From Promethearchaeota archaeon (GTDB taxonomy: Archaea > Asgardarchaeota > Lokiarchaeia > Sigyniarchaeales > SOKP01): DNA of 64,000 bases. Below the pieces are notes generated by a model, which did not search any database, had not been told where the DNA came from, and was given only the letters and a program-made list of their open reading frames with translations. This document shows positions 58,942 through 64,000 of this stretch, in pieces; the stretch's first letter is position 1, and each line of letters starts with the position of its first letter. The DNA lies in contig JAEOSU010000072.1 of the NCBI GenBank assembly GCA_016840165.1, positions 160,001-224,000 on the forward strand, read 5' to 3'. The translations under genes were made by a program, and so were the position numbers.

Positions 58942-59625
58942 ATGTCCGAGCTAGAAGAAAAAGAATTTATTGAAGAACAAGAATCATTTATGAGTTTAAG
59001 ATCGAGATTAACCTTACAAATTGTAGGAGCCGCGTTATTTAGCGCGCTATCTATTGCGATTGGAGCTCTATTGACTCCCACTTTAACAAACTTATTAAGA
59101 ATTCCAGGATGGCAAATTGCAATTTTTGATTTAATTTCTATTGTTTGGGTTACTTGTTTCTTTTTATTTGGAGAAAAAGCAGGAATATTATGCTGCATAA
59201 TTGGAGCCCTTGGTTTAATGCCATTTGATCCTTCAGCTCCAATTGGACCGTTAATGAAGTTAGCAGCTACAGTATCTTTAATAATTGTTCCTATTTTGTT
59301 TTTAAAATTATATAAAAAGGAAGCAGGAATGAGAAAAAGCCAGAAATTGAAAAATAAACGAAATATTATTACTTATGGATTATTAGGTACTGCCCTTCGA
59401 ATCATCGTTATGGTTTTGTTAAACTTATTAGTAGGTTTAACTATTTATTCGCCATTTCTTAATACTATAACACTAGAGTTTTTGGGTCTACCTGGAGTTA
59501 CCGGTATAACGGCAATTATTATTGGAGCTCCGATAATTAATGCTTGGCAAAGTGCAATAGATTTGATAATTCCTTATATGCTTGTTTTTGGAACCAAACT
59601 TGACCAAAAGTATAAAATTTGGTAA
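58942..59625 (+). CDS. ECF transporter S-component-like membrane protein
   Basis: GAALFSALS, FDLISI...FFLFG.KAG, PIGPLMKLAA; about 6 TM helices. Confidence 0.72.
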   Translation: MSELEEKEFIEEQESFMSLRSRLTLQIVGAALFSALSIAIGALLTPTLTNLLRIPGWQIAIFDLISIVWVTCFFLFGEKAGILCCIIGALGLMPFDPSAPIGPLMKLAATVSLIIVPILFLKLYKKEAGMRKSQKLKNKRNIITYGLLGTALRIIVMVLLNLLVGLTIYSPFLNTITLEFLGLPGVTGITAIIIGAPIINAWQSAIDLIIPYMLVFGTKLDQKYKIW

Positions 59626-59738
59626 TTATTTTTATTTTTTTCTTTATTACTACCATTATTGATTTATTTTTAATCATAGCTAAAGTTATATTTAAATAGA
59701 TGACAGTTTTTCATAAATCAAAGAAAGTTTTGATTAAT

Positions 59739-61007
59739 ATGAAAATAGATAAAGAAATTCAAGATTTTTTATTAAATGATGCCTTAGAACGATTTTTAAG
59801 GTATGTTAAAATCTGGACTACTTCAGATGAAAGCTCTACTTCGATACCTTCCACTCAAAATCAATTCGAATTAGCGAATATATTAGAACAAGAATTAAGA
59901 AGTCTTGGATTAGATGATGTGATCCAAGATGATTTAGGATTTGTTTATGCTTATATCCCACCAAGTAAAGGTTATGAAGATGTTCAACCTATAGGATTTT
60001 TAGCACATTTGGATACTTCTCCTGCTGTAAGTGGTAAAGATGTACGACCCGTTATTCATAGAAATTATGATGGAAAGGACATTAAATTCCTTCAAAATAA
60101 GGATTTACGATTAACTATTAATGATTCAGCTAATTTAGAGGAATATATTGGTCTAGATATAATAACCTCACAAGGTGATACCTTACTTGGAGCTGATGAT
60201 AAAGCTGGAATTGCTGAAATTATGGCGGCCTGTGCTTGTTGGCAACAATTCTCCAATTTAAAACATGGACCAATTTTTATTTGTTTTTCACCCGATGAAG
60301 AATTAGGGAAATCTGTGATTCTTAAAGCTGATAGGAAAAGATTACCTGATATATGTTATACAATCGACGGGGGGGAAATGGGAGAATTAGAAATAGAATG
60401 TTTTGATGCTTGGCGAGCAACCATTGCTTTTAGAGGGTTGAGTTTTCATACTGGTTATGCAAAAAATAAAATGATAAATGCAGTTCATATTGCATGCAGA
60501 TTTTTTAGTGAATTACCTGAAGCAGAATCTCCAGAACATACCGAAAATAGAGAAGGCTTTTTTCATCTTTCGAAATGTCAAGGAACGGCAGAAGAAGTTT
60601 TAGCCAGTATATTAATAAGAGATTTTGATTTAAAAGAAAACCAAAGAAGGATCGATTTCCTAAAAAACCTGAAAATATTATATGAAATTCGGTATCCTGG
60701 TTTAAAAATTAATCTAAATTTCGAACACCAATACCAGAATATGCAAAAATTTATAAAAAAGAATCCTCTAATAGTTGATCTAGCAAAAAATGCTATTAAA
60801 CTTTCAGGATTAGAACCAAAAATACATATAATTAGAGGAGGCACAGATGGGGCTCAATTAAGTGCAGAAGGAATACTTACACCGAACTTATTCGCAGGAG
60901 GTATGTTAGTTCATTCAAGAAAAGAATATATCCCAACTCTTGCTTTACAGAAAGCTGCTGAAGTTATTCTTTATTTAGCAGAATTATGGACAACAGAAAA
61001 ACTTTAA
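59739..61007 (+). CDS. pepT: Peptidase T (M20B tripeptidase)
   Basis: ERFLRYV, GFLAHLDT, TLLGADDKAG, PDEE, YTIDGG, IRGGTDG, HSRKEY. Start 59739 or 59700. Confidence 0.92.
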   Translation: MKIDKEIQDFLLNDALERFLRYVKIWTTSDESSTSIPSTQNQFELANILEQELRSLGLDDVIQDDLGFVYAYIPPSKGYEDVQPIGFLAHLDTSPAVSGKDVRPVIHRNYDGKDIKFLQNKDLRLTINDSANLEEYIGLDIITSQGDTLLGADDKAGIAEIMAACACWQQFSNLKHGPIFICFSPDEELGKSVILKADRKRLPDICYTIDGGEMGELEIECFDAWRATIAFRGLSFHTGYAKNKMINAVHIACRFFSELPEAESPEHTENREGFFHLSKCQGTAEEVLASILIRDFDLKENQRRIDFLKNLKILYEIRYPGLKINLNFEHQYQNMQKFIKKNPLIVDLAKNAIKLSGLEPKIHIIRGGTDGAQLSAEGILTPNLFAGGMLVHSRKEYIPTLALQKAAEVILYLAELWTTEKL

Positions 61008-61015
61008 AAATATAA

Positions 61016-62251
61016 TTATTTTGTTTCTTTTTTCTCAATGATTTTAGTAAAATCTGTAAGTGCAAAAATAATCATACAGATGCACAATAGAACTGAAATA
61101 TATAAAAATGCCCAGAACTCTGAAAAGATATCATAAATGAATCCAAAAATAATGGATTCTGCCATACTAATAAAGCCAACTGAAAAATAATAATATCCAT
61201 AAGCCCTTCCCCTTTTATCTTTCCCAACTAGATCAGCAATATATGCACGTGAAATAGGATCTACTGCGGCCATATAGAATCCATAAAATATGTATATAAT
61301 AGTGATTAGGATGATTGAAAAAAGAGATTGAGTGATTGGAAACATTAAAATTACGCACGAGAGTAATAAGAGAGATAAGCCTGCTAAAATGACTGGTTTT
61401 CGACCAATTTTGTCTGAAAAAGATCCTGTTATCGGTGAAAAAATAGCATATACAATATTTAAAATGGCATATAATAAAGGAATAAGAAACACTAAATTGA
61501 TTGGAACAAAGTCTGCGGCTCGGATAATCAAGAAAGAAATATTTAAACTAGCAAACTCAATGACACCTAAAATTATAATTAATTTGATGAAATTTTTATC
61601 AATCTTATTATAACTAGCTTTATTGTCGTTATCAATTGGTTGCTTGACTAGTTCTTGAGACGAGACGTCTTTTACAAATAGAACGAGAACTATTGCTATG
61701 ATTCCCGGAAATATAGTAAAAAAGATAATATTTGAAAATGCCCAATTAAAAAACAGCAATATGACTGCAAGAAAAGAACCCGTTACAGCTCCTAATGTAT
61801 CCATAGCGCGATGGATTCCAAAAGATTTCCCTTTTTCCACAGCATAATAGGAAATTAAAGCATCTCGAGATGAAGTTCGCAATCCTTTACCAATCCTATC
61901 GGTTGCTTTTAGTCCTAAAACAAATTCCCATGATGGGCTAAATCCAATAAAAGGTTTAGATATATTAGACAGAGAATATCCCAAGACTACGAAGGGTTTT
62001 CTTTTATTAATTTTATCACTAATCCAGCCAGTTATCCCCTTTAAAATATTAGCAATGGCATCAGAAACTCCAGAAATTAGACCTAATACTAACCCTGTAC
62101 CACCAATTTCAAAAATAAACAAAGGGAGGATACTTTGAATTGTCTCACTTGAGATGTCCGTAAAAAAAGAAACTAATCCCATAAGAAAAACAGGGAACGA
62201 AACACCTAAAATGGTAGTTCTCCTTGAAATTAGTTTCTTACTTTCACTCAT
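61016..62251 (-). CDS. MFS transporter
   Basis: VSFFTDISSE, GWISDKINKRKP, DRIGKGLRTSSRDALI, FGIHRAMDTLGA, GSFSDKIGRK; about 12 TM helices. Confidence 0.9.
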   Translation of the reverse strand: MSESKKLISRRTTILGVSFPVFLMGLVSFFTDISSETIQSILPLFIFEIGGTGLVLGLISGVSDAIANILKGITGWISDKINKRKPFVVLGYSLSNISKPFIGFSPSWEFVLGLKATDRIGKGLRTSSRDALISYYAVEKGKSFGIHRAMDTLGAVTGSFLAVILLFFNWAFSNIIFFTIFPGIIAIVLVLFVKDVSSQELVKQPIDNDNKASYNKIDKNFIKLIIILGVIEFASLNISFLIIRAADFVPINLVFLIPLLYAILNIVYAIFSPITGSFSDKIGRKPVILAGLSLLLLSCVILMFPITQSLFSIILITIIYIFYGFYMAAVDPISRAYIADLVGKDKRGRAYGYYYFSVGFISMAESIIFGFIYDIFSEFWAFLYISVLLCICMIIFALTDFTKIIEKKETK

Positions 62252-62301
62252 AATATCTTATAATTGATAATCTTATATTCTTATTAAATAATATTGAATT
62301 T

Positions 62302-64000
62302 TTATATAGGGAGCAAGGAGTTTAAAACAGTACTAATCCCTAATACGCTAGAAATGACTGTCGCAAAAAAGAATTGAATTATATTAAAGGAGCTGAGTAT
62401 AGTCAAACTGAAACTTTTAGTATTTTCATATATATAGGTATTTTGAATGATTACTACAGTATAAACTGCATAAGTAAATATCACCGATGGAAAGAAAAAC
62501 CATGAAAAGGTTTGCGAAATAAGAAATGTCTGAATAAAGAGTGAAATGGCGATGGTCCATAAAGATTTCTTCCTTTCATTTTTAAGGAAACTAAGTTGTG
62601 GATATATGATTTTCCTGTAAAAAATTTCTATAGAAAAATAAACTGGGAATACTACTTCAGCAATAACTATCTGAATAAAACTTGAAGGCCATACAAAGGC
62701 AAATGGATAAGAGAATGTAAAAAGTGTGTAAATACCGATAAAATAAAAACTGGCGAAAAGAGCAAAAATTACATGTTTTAATCGAAATTGTGATTTTAGT
62801 AATTCTTTAAATTGAGTTAACCCAAATTTAGCTTGATCACGCTTCAGTTTATCATAATATTTTAGTGCTTTTATTAAAATATATACCACGGTAATGTTTA
62901 AGGAAGCATAAAAAATTCCAATTAGCCCAAAAAATCGCTCAAAAATTAACCAATTAAGTAAAAACATAGTTGTAAAGATGACTATTTTAGCAATTTGATA
63001 TGATTGACGTATTCGGGGATATTTTGACTGTTTATTATCCTTTTCAGTTTCAATTTTATCATTTTTATATGTAAAATATCGAGAAGTATAAGATGTTAGT
63101 AGAAGTACAATCAAAAACAATAAAAACATACAAAACAATAACGCAACATAATTGATTATAAATGTTATATGTATTGGTCCATTTATTGTCTCTGATCCAA
63201 AAAAGTATGTTTCGAACCATTTAATAGATTCAATTAAAACGATATCAGTGAAAAGCTGATGTCCTCCTCCAATTAATGGACCTGTGATTGGCAATACTGA
63301 GCAATTTGTCAATTCTTGGGCTTTTATTGCATTTTTAGTGAAATTAAGCATCTCATCTTCTATATGCATAATTACTAGAAGATTGTTAGTATTAGTGGCA
63401 TTGATGAGGTTTACAGGGATATAATCATTGTAATATTCAGTTTGAATAATTCCTATTTGCTCTGGTTCGAAGTTAACCAAGGGTGCCCAAGTAACAGTGA
63501 TATTGAATCGTGAATCGAGTGCTTGATTCATTAATACTACCATTCCACCCATAGAATGTCCTATTAAGCCAATCTGTGAGATATTCACATTAGAATAAAA
63601 TGGCATTTTTTCTAAAGTATCTAATAAATCAGAACAAGCCTGAGCGACAGCAGGTCTTTTAGTTATAGGATTTATGTCTATCACAGTACCTCCACTCTCA
63701 CCATGACCATGATAATCTAAAGAGACTAAATAAAAACCCCTCTTGGAAAATTCTATAGGAATTCGCAAATCAAAATCTCTTTGACTGCCTATACCATGAC
63801 AATAAATCAATAATGGTCTTTTATCTTGAAAATCTATCACTTTAGTTGGATAATAGAGATTAGCATAAAGTAATGAGCCAGATGATGAAAACTGAACACG
63901 TTCGTATCTACTGTAGCTTTGGAGTTTGTTTACATGAAGATAGGTAAGAGAGATTGTTAAAAAGATTATTAGAATTATGATTCTCCTAAAAAATTTTATA
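62302..64000 (-). CDS. Alpha/beta-hydrolase with N-terminal anchor and C-terminal multi-TM domain (5' truncated by window edge)
   Basis: HGIG oxyanion motif, DYHGHGES, GHSMGG nucleophile elbow, about 7 C-terminal TM helices. The frame stays open from 63840 to the window end (..IKFFRRIIILIIFLTISLTYL..). Confidence 0.85.
   Translation of the reverse strand, partial: IKFFRRIIILIIFLTISLTYLHVNKLQSYSRYERVQFSSSGSLLYANLYYPTKVIDFQDKRPLLIYCHGIGSQRDFDLRIPIEFSKRGFYLVSLDYHGHGESGGTVIDINPITKRPAVAQACSDLLDTLEKMPFYSNVNISQIGLIGHSMGGMVVLMNQALDSRFNITVTWAPLVNFEPEQIGIIQTEYYNDYIPVNLINATNTNNLLVIMHIEDEMLNFTKNAIKAQELTNCSVLPITGPLIGGGHQLFTDIVLIESIKWFETYFFGSETINGPIHITFIINYVALLFCMFLLFLIVLLLTSYTSRYFTYKNDKIETEKDNKQSKYPRIRQSYQIAKIVIFTTMFLLNWLIFERFFGLIGIFYASLNITVVYILIKALKYYDKLKRDQAKFGLTQFKELLKSQFRLKHVIFALFASFYFIGIYTLFTFSYPFAFVWPSSFIQIVIAEVVFPVYFSIEIFYRKIIYPQLSFLKNERKKSLWTIAISLFIQTFLISQTFSWFFFPSVIFTYAVYTVVIIQNTYIYENTKSFSLTILSSFNIIQFFFATVISSVLGISTVLNSLLPI

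Noticed and set aside
1727-61613. Numerous 60-100 aa ORFs in the six-frame track overlapping larger genes (e.g. 1727-1930, 4804-5004, 24294-24581, 33310-33516, 36261-36569, 55848-56120)
   Set aside because: They lie antisense to or out of frame within well-supported CDS and show no motifs; they are shadow ORFs expected from codon bias.
1-64000. CRISPR arrays, rRNA genes, IS elements, selenocysteine read-through
   Set aside because: No regularly spaced repeats, long GC-rich rRNA-like segments or transposase motifs were seen. The TGA-terminated genes I checked (Ubl, rfcL) end at plausible C-termini or hit another stop shortly after.

Overview
AT-rich, gene-dense chromosomal window from an archaeon, most likely an Asgard (Lokiarchaeia-like) genome. 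That assignment is an inference from the combination of a proteasome alpha subunit, PolB1/PolB2, RFC, tetraether synthase, a BHB-intron tRNA and a non-prenylated Rab-like GTPase. I count about 43 CDS and one tRNA-Thr(UGU) interrupted by two non-canonical introns; I see no CRISPR array, rRNA, integrase or transposase. Highlights: (1) a SIR2-type NADase fused directly to a TPR array, immediately downstream of the NAD-salvage gene pncB; (2) a three-gene RFC operon whose second small subunit has lost Walker B but keeps the SRC arginine finger, resembling the eukaryotic E-position subunit; (3) a PolB2 / small helical protein / inactive RadA-like cassette split by two opposite-strand genes; (4) a 2540-aa polytopic membrane protein; (5) a 1362-aa protein of repeated MIT/TPR-like helical bundles next to an orphan CdrS-like RHH regulator; (6) a heliorhodopsin; (7) a tandem two-domain ubiquitin-like protein; (8) an intergenic 67-nt hairpin overlapping a Thr-rich mini-ORF; (9) an identical 45-nt leader shared by two diverged acyl-CoA ligase paralogs. 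All family calls come from motif recognition by eye; no searches were run.
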